Source of the DNA: Squalus acanthias
Lineage: Eukaryota
Direction of reading: 5' to 3'
Length of the DNA stretch: 64,000 bases
NCBI GenBank assembly: GCA_030390025.1
Contig: CM059426.1
Coordinates: 72,416,001-72,480,000, forward strand
The notes under the pieces are model-generated. The model was not told where the DNA came from. It searched no databases and worked only from the letters and a program-made list of their open reading frames with translations. Shown piece by piece: positions 1 to 12,192 of the stretch (position 1 is its first letter; the number at the start of each line of letters is the position of its first letter). The position numbers and the translations under genes were made by a program.

Positions 1-1860
1 AGAAAGTGTAATGGAAAGATGAAAGCGAGAATGTAGGTATGCTAGAAGATGATATGGATCAATTGTTGGAGCTAGCTACAGAAAAAAAATTAGTCCTAAA
101 AAAATTTGCAGACCTCAATGTAGCTAAGTCACCGATGTAGCTAAGGCCCTGATGGCATGCATGCTAGGCTGATGAGGAGATGGCAGAGGCTCTGACCACT
201 ATTTTTCAGTCCTTAAATATGCAAGTTGTGCCAGGAGACTGGGGAGTAACCAATATAACACCTCTAATAAAAAAGGACCAAAGGATAAACCGATTACTAT
301 TGACCAGTTAGTCTAGCATCAGTTGTGGGCAAACTCTTAGAATTCACAATTAGTGAGCTTTTAGAGAGCCATAGGTTAATCAACCACAGTCGGCATGGAA
401 TTGTTAAAGACAGGTCGTGTTTGACAAATTCAACACTTCTTTTAAAGAACTGATAAAGGGGATGCAGTAAATTTTGTGTATATGGATTTTCAGAAGGTAC
501 ACAAAAATGTAGTCTTACAGAAGGCTTGTTATAAAACTCCAGGTGTACAGTACAAGAGAAAATGTAGCAACATGGATAGAAAGTTGGTTGATGGACAGGA
601 AAACACCAGTAGAGATAATGGCCCAGAAATTAAACATGGATGGTTCCCGCGGGGGTAAGGATTCCCCGCGATATCGCACTCCGCGCCTACCTTTTTGCTC
701 CGGGCCCACACGAACTTTAGTTTCAAAGGCTCTCCCTGTTGGAACCATGCAGTGCTTGCGTGACTCAGAGGCGCAATTAGTTCGTGCGAGCTCTGGGATC
801 ACGTGATTCAGTTAGAGCCAATGGCAGCACACCATCTTTCATTCATAGTTTTGACAGGAAGACCTGTCAAAGCTATGAATACTACACACCCCCAAAAGAA
901 CAGCTAAACCTCAATTAAATTTTTTTTTAAAAGCCATCACATTAATAAACTAAGTATAGTTAAATAAATTAACCACTTTGAACAAAAAATTAAATTTTTG
1001 AAAAAATTTAAAATCTTTTTAAAAGTTATAAAAATAAACTTACCTTTCTTTAAAGTCTCTAAAAAAGATAAACCTGTTGAAAAAAATTTAAAATAACACT
1101 TAATTAACTACTTACCTTGTTAAAAGGGGGTCCTACGCCTGCTTTCTTTGTGTGTAAAATCTTCACCACTTACCTGCGCATTCAAAGCTGGAAAAATAAC
1201 TAAGTGCACTGCGTGCACACAGCCTGTAGTGGGCACGCGGTTCACTTAGGAACCGCCCCCTTTTCAATTCACGAAGTGCCGGTTTCCCGCGCATGCGCAG
1301 TGCATGCAGGAAACCGGCAATTCAGGACCTAATACGCGAGAGTACACAGTGCGTACTCTCGCGTATTAGGTTTAATTTTCGGGCCAATAGGTGTTGCTTA
1401 GATTCGAGAAGGGTGGGAAGTGGTGTAATGATGGGTCAGTGCTTGGTCCACTTAGTTCTCAGAGTTGGGTTTATCAAAAAAGGGCAATATCAAAATTTGC
1501 TGATGTCACAAAAGAAGGGGGTTGGTGAAAAGCAAGGAGGACTATAAACAGTTTCAGGAGGACATAGCCAATTTAGCGGAATGGGCAGACAAATGGCAAA
1601 TGCAATTTAATGCCAAGAAGTTTGGGGTGATTCATTTTGGCTGATAAAAACAAGGAATGGAAGTATAAACGCTTTGCGAAAAGATGTGGAGGAACAGAGA
1701 GACGTGGGCTGAAAATGCAAACTTCCTTGAAAGTGCAAGTGCAGATAGATAAAACCATAAGAGAAGGCAACATTTGGAGTTTTATAAACAGAAACAAAGA
1801 ATATGAAACCAAAGAGCAAGGTGAACGGATAGGGTACAGTTAGGAATCTGTGTGCAGTTC
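1..1860 (+). mobile_element. Highly degenerate CR1 LINE ORF2 fragment, split by the MITE at 620-1385
   Basis: Decayed RT-coding motifs (VYMDFQK at ~476, 'ttgacaaattc', 'aaatggcaaatgcaatttaatgcc') collinear with other CR1 copies in the window; sequence reads through across the MITE. Confidence 0.75.
620..1385. mobile_element. Non-autonomous PIF/Harbinger-type MITE (766 bp)
   Basis: TIRs GGCCCAGAAATTAAAC / GGCCCGAAAATTAAAC (reverse complement of right end); 3-bp AAT duplication at 617-619 and 1386-1388; interrupts a CR1. Confidence 0.8.
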
Positions 1861-2574
1861 TCCACCTCCCGCCCTAATCCGCCACCGCCCCCCCCCAAAC
1901 CCCCCAACTGTGGCAAAGTACCGCCCTCCCCAACCAATAGTGTGAGTGAAAAATCTGTGGAACATATGTTAGCCACAACATGTGATGCAGAGACTCTACC
2001 TGGAACTTGGCAAGTACCAGGCAGTCTGGAACACTTTCTTGGAAACCCACACACCTCCCACATAGATCCAGACTACCTCCCAAGGAAGTTAGAATGGAGC
2101 CGCAAGCTAACAACCTTCTCCCAGTACTTTACAAGGTACAATGAGCCAACTCCAAAAGAGCCATAGCAAGCAGGATACTTGGTACCCCTAGACGCAGGCA
2201 AAGCCTGGGGACTGTGGTCAAATTATCCAAATTCCCAAACAGCATGCTGCTCACAATGTGTGCACAGCGAACCAACAACCCTAGTGTACCAATTATTCTC
2301 CCTTAACAGACCATGTGATAGAGCTACACAGTGATGTCACAAAATACACATATGTATTTTCAGTTAAGATTTTTTTGTTAAAAGGAATCTTTTACCTCAA
2401 ATGTTAAATATCAGAAATAATGTTGTGCCAACACCTTTACAAAAGAGCTGGATGAATATCAAGTTAGGAACAAGATTGAAGGTTATAAGGATAAGTACAG
2501 ACAAAGAGAAGCATATGCTGTCAGCAACATAATGGTTCCTGAGAAGCTGAGACCATGGAAATGCTGTTATATTA

Positions 2575-2938
2575 CAGGAAACTCTTTATTAACCGGCACC
2601 GACAGGACCGGCGTGGTGCCGGTTAATCAAAAAGTCCGGATAATGGAGAGTTATATCTCCCAACATACGAGAGCCCCGTACACATTGACATGCGCCTGCA
2701 TTCGGAGCTCCGTCTCCCCGGGGACCGCCAGCTGACCATCTGTCGTGTCCGCTGCCTACCCGGGCTGCACATTCCCCTCCCAATCTACACGCTCCGATAC
2801 AAGGCAAACGCCTCGGGGTTTTTTTTTAAGTTATTTTTAAAGGAGAGATGAAGGAAAACCCCGGTTACCTACTCAAGAATTTTGCCGGTTAAGAAAGATT
2901 TCCGGTTATTTGGGTGCCGGTTAAAAGAGAGTTTCCTG
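2575..2938. mobile_element. pogo/Tigger-family MITE (364 bp)
   Basis: TIRs CAGGAAACTCTTTATTAACCGGCACC / CAGGAAACTCTCTTTTAACCGGCACC with TA on both sides; both ends align with the ends of the element at 59790-62159. Confidence 0.88.
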
Positions 2939-3009
2939 TACTTAGGTATTCTGCAGTCTTGCTTGATTTACTTTTGAAGCAGGGAGAACATTTTCAGAGT
3001 ATTTCCTCA

Positions 3010-5468
3010 GTAAATGAAATGGAGGGTAATCTGTGTGTGGAGGCGGGAGACGTCGGTAGGGTTCTTAATGAATACTTTGCTATCAGGGAGGAGGAGTGTG
3101 AAATATTAGATGAAATAAACATAGTGAGAGAGGAAGTATTAAGGGGTTTAGCAGCTTTAAAAGTGGATAAATCCCCAGGCCTGAATGAAATGTATCCCAG
3201 GCTGTTAAGCGAAGCAAAAGAGGAAATAGCAGAGGCCCTGACCATCATTTTCCAATCCTCTCTGGCTTCAGGTGTGGTGCCGGAGGACTGCTAATGTGGT
3301 ACCCTTGTTTAAAAAGGGAGAAAAGGATAGACCGAGTAATTATAGGCCAGTCAGCCTAACCTCAGTGGTGGGAAAATTATTGGAAAGAATTCTGAAGGAC
3401 AGGATAAATCTTCATTTAGAAAGACATGGATTAATCAAGGATAGTCAGTACGGATTTGTTAAGGGAAGGTCGTGTCTGACAAACTTGATTGAATTTTTTG
3501 AGGAGGTAACAAGGAGGGTAGATGAGGGTAGTGCATTTGATGTAGTGTATATGGATTTTAGCAAGGCTTTTGATAAGGTTCCACATGGCAGACTGGTCAC
3601 GAAGTTAAAAGCCCATGGGATCCAGGGCAAAGTGTCAAGTTGGATTCAAAACTGGCTCGGAGACAGGAAGCAGAGGGTAATGGTTGATGGGTGTTTTTGT
3701 GACTGGAAGGCTGTTTCCAGTGGAGTTCCGCAGGGCTCAGTACTAGGTCCCTTGCTTTTTGTGGTATATATCAACGATCTAGACTTGAATATAGGGGGTA
3801 TGATTAAGAAATTTGCAGATGATACTAAAATCGGCTGTGTGGTTGACACTGAAGAAGGAAGCTGTAGACTGCAGGAAGATATCAATAAATTGGTCAGGTG
3901 GGCAGAACAGTGGCAAATGGAATTCAATCCGGAGAAGTGTGAGGTAATGCATTTGGGGAGGGCTAACAAGGAAAGGGAATACACATTAAATGGTAGGACA
4001 CTGAGTAGTGTGGAGGAACAAAGGGACCTTGGAGTGCATGTCCACAGATCCCTGAAGGTAGCAGGTAGATAAGAACATAAGAACATAAGAAATAGGAGCA
4101 GGAGTAGGCCAATCGGCCCTTCGAGCCTGCTCCGCCATTCAATAAGATCATGGCTGATCTGATCCTCACCTCAAATCTAAAGAACACAAGAAGTAGGAGC
4201 AGGACCCGGCCACTCAGCCCCTGGGCCCGCTACGCCACCCACAGGGCCTCGACCGATCCGAACTCAGCCTCATGTCCAATTTCCTGCCCGCTCCCCGTAA
4301 CCCCTAATTCCCTTTACTTCTAGGAAACTGTCTATTTCTGTTTTAAATTTATTTAATGATGTAGCTTCCACAGCTTCCTGGGGCAGCAAATTTCACAGAC
4401 CTACTACCCTCTGAGTGAAGAAGTTTCTCCTCATCTCAGTTTTGAAAGAGCAGCCCCTTATTCTAAGATTATGCCCCCTAGTTCTAGTTTCACCCATCCT
4501 TGGGAACATCCTTACCGCATCCACCCGATCAAGCCCCTTCACAATCTTATATGTTTCAATAAGATCGCCTCTCATTCTTCTGAACTCCAATGAGTAGAGT
4601 CCCAATCTACTCAACCTCTCCTCGTATGTCCACCCCCTCATCCCGGGGATTAACCGAGTGAACCTTCTTTGTACTGCCTCGAGAGCAAGTATGTCTTTTC
4701 TTAAGTATGGACACCAAAACTGTATGCAGTATTCCAGATGCGGTCTCACCAATACCTTATATAACTGCAGCAATACCTCCCTGTTTTTATAATCTATCCC
4801 CCTAGCAATAAGGTGGTTAAGAAGGCATACGGAATGCTTGTCTTTATTAGCCATGGCATAGAATACAAGAGCAGGAGGGTTATGTTCAACTGTATAAAAC
4901 ACTAGTTAGGCCTCAGCTAGAGTACTGCGTGCAGTTCTGGTCACCACATTACAGGAAAGATGTGATTGCACTGGAGATGGTACAGAGGAGATTTGCAAGG
5001 ATGTTGCCGGGAGTAGAGAATCTTAGCTATGAGGAAAGACTGGATAGGCTGGGTTTATTTTCCTTGGAACAGAGGAGGCTGAGGGGAGACCTTATTGAGG
5101 TGTATAAAATTATGAGGAGCCGAGATAAAGTGGATAGAAAGGACCTATTTCCCTTAGCAGAGGGGTCAAAAACCAGGGGGCGCAGATTTAAAGTAATTGG
5201 TGGAAGGTTTAGAGGGGATTTGAGGGGAAATTTCTTCACCCAGAGGGTTGTGGGGGTCTGGAACTCACTGCCTGAAAGGGTGGTAGAGGCAGGAACCCTA
5301 ACCACATTTAAAAAGTACTTGGATGTGCACTTGGGATGCTCTAACCTGCAGGGCTACGGACCAAGAGCTGGGAAGTGGGATTAGGCTGGATAGCTCTTTG
5401 TCGGCAGGCACGGACATGATGGGCCGAATGGCCTCCTTCCGTGCTGTAACTTTCTATGATTCTATGAT
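3010..5468 (+). mobile_element. CR1 LINE 3' half (RT and C-terminus), interrupted by an antisense CR1
   Basis: ORFs 2914-3294, 3272-4072 ([26 protein letters not shown]) and 4929-5384; ends in a (TTCTATGA)n tail at ~5450-5468. Confidence 0.9.
4074..4807 (-). mobile_element. 5'-truncated CR1 LINE nested in the CR1 above
   Basis: (AAGAACAT)n tail at 4071-4090; ORF 4393-4902 (RPHLEYC...ERLSRLGLYSLEFRRMRGDL); ATAAG at both junctions. Confidence 0.88.
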
Positions 5469-5859
5469 TGGGTAGAATCCATGATAGAGAAGTTTTACAT
5501 TGTGGAAGGAATGCGCTTGAGTGAACTGAGTGGCTTTTTTTTGTTCTATGCTTTATGTTCTTGTATGTAGCAACAATTATGACACGATGATTAAACAATT
5601 ACAACTGCACATGTACTGAACGTGTTAAAATGTAACTCTTTCCACCTACTACAGTGAAAAAACAAAAGAACTGTGTGCATCATAGGCAATACTTTATAAT
5701 GAATTTATAATAGTGGATAATAGACCACAACAACAACTGTTCTTTACTGCATTGAAATAAAACAGTCCTTTATTTCAACACACTACTCCCAGAGTTTTTG
5801 GGCTAGATTTTCCTCACATTTCTTTCAGAAAATAGTATTTTGGGATACAGTATATGAGC

Positions 5860-6115
5860 AATTTGTGACATGACATGTGTTAAGTGTAGCATGCTTGGGA
5901 GCAACAGATAACTTTGGACCTATGGGTTCCAAAGCTCTCCGCCACTGGGGGCTTGCTCGCCTCATGTCTGGGTCTGTTTTAGACTAATTGATAGCGATTG
6001 ATTGCTATGATTAGTCAACAACTTCATTATTGTTGTATTGGGTGAGTACTAGGATGGTAGAAGGCAAACTAGATGGACCCCTGTCTTTTTTCATCTAGAA
6101 ATCCCTATGTTCCTC
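5860..6115 (+). mobile_element. Old CR1-type 3'UTR remnant
   Basis: Ends in 'ggcaaactagatggaccc...tcttttttcatctagaaatccctatgttcct', a typical CR1 3' terminus. Confidence 0.45.
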
Positions 6116-7514
6116 CACTATACCACCTGAAATGAGATAGTACAGCGGCGGAAAATCAAGGCAAATTGGGCAAGGAGGTCTACCGCCGCATCCCCACACT
6201 GACCTAGATTGTCCTCTCCCTGCCCCAGCAGGGAAGACTGCCAGCCAGCCTTCACTTCCCAGCTGCATGTAAATGACAGCGGGGAGGCAGGACCCAGAAA
6301 CCCACCCGATTTCCCAGGCTCCACCACTGGCTCTGTCAATCCCAGTCAGGAATGGCAGTAGTCCCTAAGGCAGTGGCAGAAGGTGCACTTACTGCCTTTT
6401 TGAAGGGAGGGAGCCTAATAGTGGGCACCTCTTCCTCTCTTCAGGCCTCAAAGGCTTACCTAATTTAGGCCTTGGCACAGTCCAAAGCCTAAAAAAATAA
6501 TCTGATGTCAGATTTCTGGAGCTCTTCTGACCACTTTAAGTGGCCTCTTCTCCTCCCGCATTTCCCTCTTCTTGGTAGCTAAGATCCCCCCAGCAGCCCA
6601 GCACACATTGCATAGATAATAACTCCGGATCCAAGAAACTGAGTCAGGGTCATGACCAAATCAAGGCAGCTACAGAAGACCTGACCCACCCTCCTCCTCC
6701 CTATGTACCTATGTATCAATTTATATTTCTTCTAGAGCCAAATTGACAGACAGAGCATGTGTTAGGACATGCAAGCCCTCAACTCTAAGTGGAAATGAGA
6801 GAGCTGATTTTCCTCTGCCCTGTTCCCAAATAAGACCCAAGAAACAGATGCAAACCAGAGGAAGAATGGGTGCTAATTTTTTTTATCCCATTCTGCAGAA
6901 TAACACTGCACCCAAACTTCTTCTATGGCTTATCTGGTGTCTGCACCTGAAGAAGGTGCAGCATTGTAAATTTCATGCAAATGAATGACAGAGGGATTTG
7001 CACCCAGATTTCTTCTAACAGATGAGGGAAAAACTGCCCCCATACAAACCTGGCGCTGGCGGTACCGCTTCCTGAGCTATTGTTTGGACAACATTAACAT
7101 TTTCCTTTCTTTATCAATACCACCTGACTTGGAATGTTTCCAGGATTCTCTGCTTTTGTTTGCAACAAGAGTTGACCAGCTTTGATTTCTCTGAGGCATT
7201 GGGAGCTCAGCGAGCGCATCTCTTGACTCTATGTCTCTATGACTCTTGGGGCAGTAGAGGATGAGAAAGCACACCTTTCAGGGGCAGGGGGGAAGCATTC
7301 ATGGGGGCACTCGGCAAATTTCCCGATACCCAGTCCGCCTCTGCCACTGAACAAAAACCTTTTTATATATATATATAAAAAAGAGTCACGGTGAACAAAG
7401 ACACTCGGATACAGGGGACCAAACCTTTATAAGGCAAATGCAATAACATTAGTAAACTCTGGGCAAGTGTCGCGTGATCAAACATCCTTTGATCAAACCT
7501 CTGGGAAGAACATT

Positions 7515-7666
7515 GGCTGAAACTTTCAACTTTGGTGAGCGTGTAAAATGAGCAATATCAGATCGCTGCCTGGTTTGAACCAAGCCCGATTTTCCTTTCC
7601 ATTAAAGTCATGGGCGGCCGATCCAATACCGCCCGTTTTACGCCCCTGTGGTTGAAAGTTCTGCCC
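7515..7666. mobile_element. Small Harbinger-like MITE (152 bp)
   Basis: Imperfect TIRs GGCTGAAACTTTCAAC / GGGCAGAACTTTCAAC, flanked by ATT on both sides. Confidence 0.6.
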
Positions 7667-8266
7667 ATTGTATAACAGATTACAGCTGTAAACCATCTTT
7701 CACCAATCTGAGGGACACCATTAGTATACAAAAGCCTCTTTAATAGTTGGTTAAATTTTTGGATCTCTGTGTCAAGCACCTGACCCACAAAGTGGGCCTG
7801 AGACCCACTCCAAGGCCATTCTGCCAATACTGGTTTTTGAGGCAATTATTCAGTGTTTGAGTGTAACTGAGCTTACATAGCCTCCAAATTTTCTTTCCTC
7901 CCTGTGCGTAGGTGGGTTTGTGAGTACATGGGTGTGTGAGCGTGCCGGGGGTAGAGTTAACTGCCTCTCTCTTAGTGGCCAAAATGGTAAAATTTGCCAC
8001 GACACAATTACAGCATCCTCTCACTCCATGGTAGTCCAAGTCATGGTCAGTGTTAGGGCACAGGTATACTACCAAATTTGCATCACTTTGAAGGCTTCCA
8101 ATTTCCAATGAGGCGAATGTGACTGTGTAACTTCAGAGTTGAGTTCTGACGTGACTTGAGAATGCAACAGTGTGAACCCACAGGGGAAAGCCATCTCACA
8201 TTGTTGGGCTTGACCTGACGTGGAGTAAAGCTCTATTACAGTCTCAAGCTGGCTTTAAAAAGTGCT

Positions 8267-8924
8267 CTAGAGTCATAGAGTCATAGAGTTAGACAGCACA
8301 GAAAGAGGCCCTTCGGCCCATCGTGTCCACGCCGGCCATCAAGCCCTGTCTATTCTAATCCCATTTTCCAGCGCTTGGTCCGTAGCCTTGTATGCTATGG
8401 CGTTTCAAGTGCTCATCTAAATGCTTCTTGAATGTTGTGAGGGTTCCTGCCTCTACCACCCTTTCAGGCAGTGAGTTCCAGATTCCAACCACCCTCTGGG
8501 TGAAAAAGTTTTTCCTCAAATCCCCTCTAAACCTCCTGCCCCTTACCTTGAAACTATGCCCCCTGGTTATTGACCCCTCTACGAAGGGGAAAAGTTCCTT
8601 TCTATCTACGCCCCTCATAATTTTGTACACCTCAATCAGGTCCCCCCTCAGCCTTCTCTGCTCTAAGGAAAACAACCCCAGCCTGTCCAGTCTCTCTTCA
8701 TAGCTGAAGCGCTCCAGCCCAGGTAACATCCTGGTGAATCTCCCCTGCACCCTCTCCAATGCAATCACATCCCTCCTATAGTGTGGCGACCAGAACTGCA
8801 CACAGTATTCCAGCTGTGGCCTAACTAGCGTTTTGTACAGCTCCATCATAACCTCCCTGCTCTTATATTCTATGTCTCGGCTAATGAAGGCAAGTATCCC
8901 ATATGCCTTTTTAACCACCTTCAT
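8267..8924 (-). mobile_element. 5'-truncated CR1 LINE
   Basis: ORF 8355-8924 ([13 protein letters not shown]...RRLRGDLIEVYK); (AGAGTCAT)n tail at ~8268-8290. Confidence 0.9.
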
Positions 8925-8932
8925 AGGCTAAA

Positions 8933-9140
8933 GGTCATAGGAACATAAGAACAGGAGTAGGTCAGTCAGCTCCTCGAGCCTGTTCCACCATTCAATTAAA
9001 TCATGGCTGATCTGTATCTTAACTCCATTTACCTGCCTTGGTTCCATATCCCTTACCTAACCAAATCCGATCAATCTCAGTTTTAAAATCTTCAATTGAC
9101 CTAGCCTCAACAGCTTTTTGGGGAGAGAGTTCCAGATTCC
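8933..9140 (-). mobile_element. CR1 3' tail fragment
   Basis: 'gaacataagaacaggagtagg...gagcctgttccaccattcaat', as in other CR1 tails here. Confidence 0.75.
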
Positions 9141-9812
9141 AGATGTCACTGAGCGGCTACAGAACATTCTGAGGGAGGGAGGGTGAACAGCCAGAGGGTG
9201 TGGTCCATATTGGTACCAATGACATAGAAAGAGGGATGAGGTCCTGCAGGCAGATTTTAGGGAGCTAGGAAAGAGATTAATAAGCAGGACCCCAAAGGTA
9301 GCAATCTCTGGATTACTCCCGGTTCCACGTGCTAGTGAGTACAGAAATAGGAGGATAGAGCAGATGAATGTGTGACAGGAGAGATGGTGCAGGAGGGAGG
9401 GCTTTAGATTCCTGGGGCATTGGAACCGTTTCTGGGGGAGATGGAAACTGTACAAGTCGGATGGGTTGCACTTCAACAGGGCCAGAACCAATATCCTTGC
9501 GGGGAGGTTTGCTAGTGCTGTTGGAGAGGTTTTAAACTAGATTGGCAGGAGGATGGGAACCTGAGCATAGATTCAGAAGGGAGAGCAGCAAAGCTGGAAA
9601 TGGAAAGCAGAAAATTAGTAAGCATGTTTGGTAGGCAGAGGAAACAAAGGCTAGAAAATAGACAACAAGGGAGTTTGGCAGTGCTTAATGGTATTTACTT
9701 TAATGCAATGAGTCTAGTGAATAAGGCAGATGAGCTGAGGACACAGATAGACATGTGGAAGTATGATATCATAGCTATTACTGAAACATGGCTAAAGAAG
9801 GGCAGGAATGGC

Positions 9813-10448
9813 ATGTAGGCCTTTATTGCAAGGGGGTTGGAGTACAAGGGTAAGGAAGGCTTGCTACAATTATACAGGGCTTTGGTGAGACCATACCGGG
9901 AGTACTCTGCACAGTTTTGGTCTCCTTATCTGAGGAAAGATATACTTGCCTTAAAGGCGGTGCAACAAAGGTTCACTAGATTGATTCCTGGGATGAGAGG
10001 GTTGTCCTTTGAATAGAGAGATTGAGTAGATTGGATCTATACTCTCTGGAGTTTAGAAGAATGAGAGGTGATCTCATTGAAACATATAAGATTCTATGGG
10101 GTATTGACAGGGTAGATGCTGAGAAGTTGTTTCCCCTGGCTGGAGAGTCTAGAACTAGGGGACATAGTCTCAGGATAAGGGGTTGGCCATTTAAGACTGA
10201 GATGAGGAGAAATCTCTTCGCACAGAGGGTTGTGAATCTTTAAATTTTCTATCCCAAAGGGCTGTGGATGCTGAGTCATTGAGTATATTCAAGGCTGAGA
10301 TAGATAGATTTTTGAATTCTAGGGGAATCAAGGGATATGGAGATCAGGCTGGAAAGTGGAGTTGAGGTCGAAGATCAGCCATGATCTTACTGAATGGCGG
10401 AGCAGGCTCGAGGGGCCATATGGCCTACTTCTACTTCTTATCTTATGT
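9813..10448 (+). mobile_element. 5'-truncated CR1 nested in the endonuclease region of the host CR1
   Basis: ORF 10022-10243; tail 'tcttatcttatgt'; approximate AGGAAT duplication at both junctions. Confidence 0.85.
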
Positions 10449-12192
10449 AGGAATCACAGCTGAACATTCCTGGATACAGAGTTTTCAGATGAGATAGAGA
10501 GGGGGGATAAAAAAGATGGGGGGCATTGCAGTATTGATTAAAGAAACAATTACAGCTGTCAGGAGGGATGATATGCTCGAAGGATCATCAAATGAGGCCA
10601 TATGGGTTGAACTGAAGAACAAAAAGGGGCAAACACAATGCTGCGATTGTACTATAGGCCCCAAACAGTCAGCGGGAGATAGAAGAGCAAATATGTAGGC
10701 AAATTTCTGAGAAGTGCAAAAACAACAGGGCAGTAATAGTAGGGTATTTCAACTACCCAAATATTAATTGGAACAAAAATCAGTGTAAAAGGTATAGAGG
10801 GCACAGAATTCTTAAAATGCATTCGGGGAACTTTACTAGCCAGTACGTAGCAAACACAACAAGAGAGGGGGCAGTTCTGGACTTAGTTTTAGGGACAGGT
10901 GGAAGAGGTATCAGTGGGAGAGCATTTTGATGGTAGTGATCATAATTCAGTTAGATCTAGGGTACTTATGGAAAAGGACAAAGATAGACTAGGAGTAGAA
11001 GTACTCAATTGGTGAAAGGCCAATTTTACTAAGCAGAGATGTGAGTTAGCGAAAGTGGACTGGAAACAGCTACTAGAAGGTAAATCAGTGTCAGCAGTGG
11101 GAGGTATTTAAGGAGGAGATAGTGAAGGTTCAGAGCAAATACGTTCCCACAAAGAAAAAGGGTAGGACTCCCAAATCTAGAGCCCCTGGACATCAAAGAG
11201 CATACAGGGTAGGATAAGGCAAAAAAAGGGAAGCTTATGTCAGATACCGAGAGCTCAATACTGCAGAAAGCCTAGAGGAGTATAGAAAGTGCAGGGGTGA
11301 AATTAAAAAGGAAATTAGGAAAGCAAAGAGAGGACATGAAAAAGTATTGGCAAGTAAAATCAAGGAAAACCCAAAGATGTTTTATAAATACATTAAGAGC
11401 AAGAGGATAACTAAGGAAAGAGTTGGGCCTATTAGAGAACAAACAGGTAACCTACGAGTGGAGGCAGAAGACGGGGTATGGTTTGCAATGAAAACTTTGC
11501 GTCTGTCTTCACAAAAGAGAGGGAGGATGCAGACTTTGTAGTTGAGCAGGAGTGCTGTGAAATATTGGATGGGATAAACATAGTGAGAGAGGAAATATTA
11601 AGGTGTGTAGCATCTTTGAAAGTAGATAATGTAATGTATCCCATGCCGTTAAAAGAAGCAAGGGAGGAAATAGCGGAGGCTCTGACCATCATTTTACAAT
11701 CCTCTCGTGCTACAGGTGTGGTGCCAGAGGACTGGAGGACTGCTAACATGGTACCGTTGTTTAAAAAGGGAGTAAGGTATAGACCGAGTAATTACAGGCC
11801 AGTCAGACTAACCTCGTTGGTGGGCAAATTGTTGGAAATAATTTTGAGGGACAGTATTAATCGTCATTTAGAAAGGCGCGATTAATCAAGGACAGTCAGC
11901 ATGGATTTGTTAAGGGAAGGTCGTTCTGACAAAGTTGATTGAATTTTTTGAGGAGTTAAGAAGTAGGGATGATGAGGGTAGTGCATTTGGTGTAGTCTAC
12001 ATGGATTTTAGCAAGGCTTTTGACAAGGTCCCACATGGCAGACTGGTCAGAAAAGTAAAAGCCCATGGGATCCAAGGGAAAGTGACAAGTTGGATCCAAA
12101 ATTGGCTCAGTGGCAGGAAGCAAAGGGTAATGGTCGATGGGTGTTTTTGTGACTGGAAGGCTGTTTCCAGTGGGGTTCCGCAGGGCTCAGTA

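Noticed and set aside
1880-2300. Possible LINE remnant and 104-aa Pro-rich ORF (1852-2166)
   Set aside because: Only faint similarity to the 17290-18949 family; too degraded to call.
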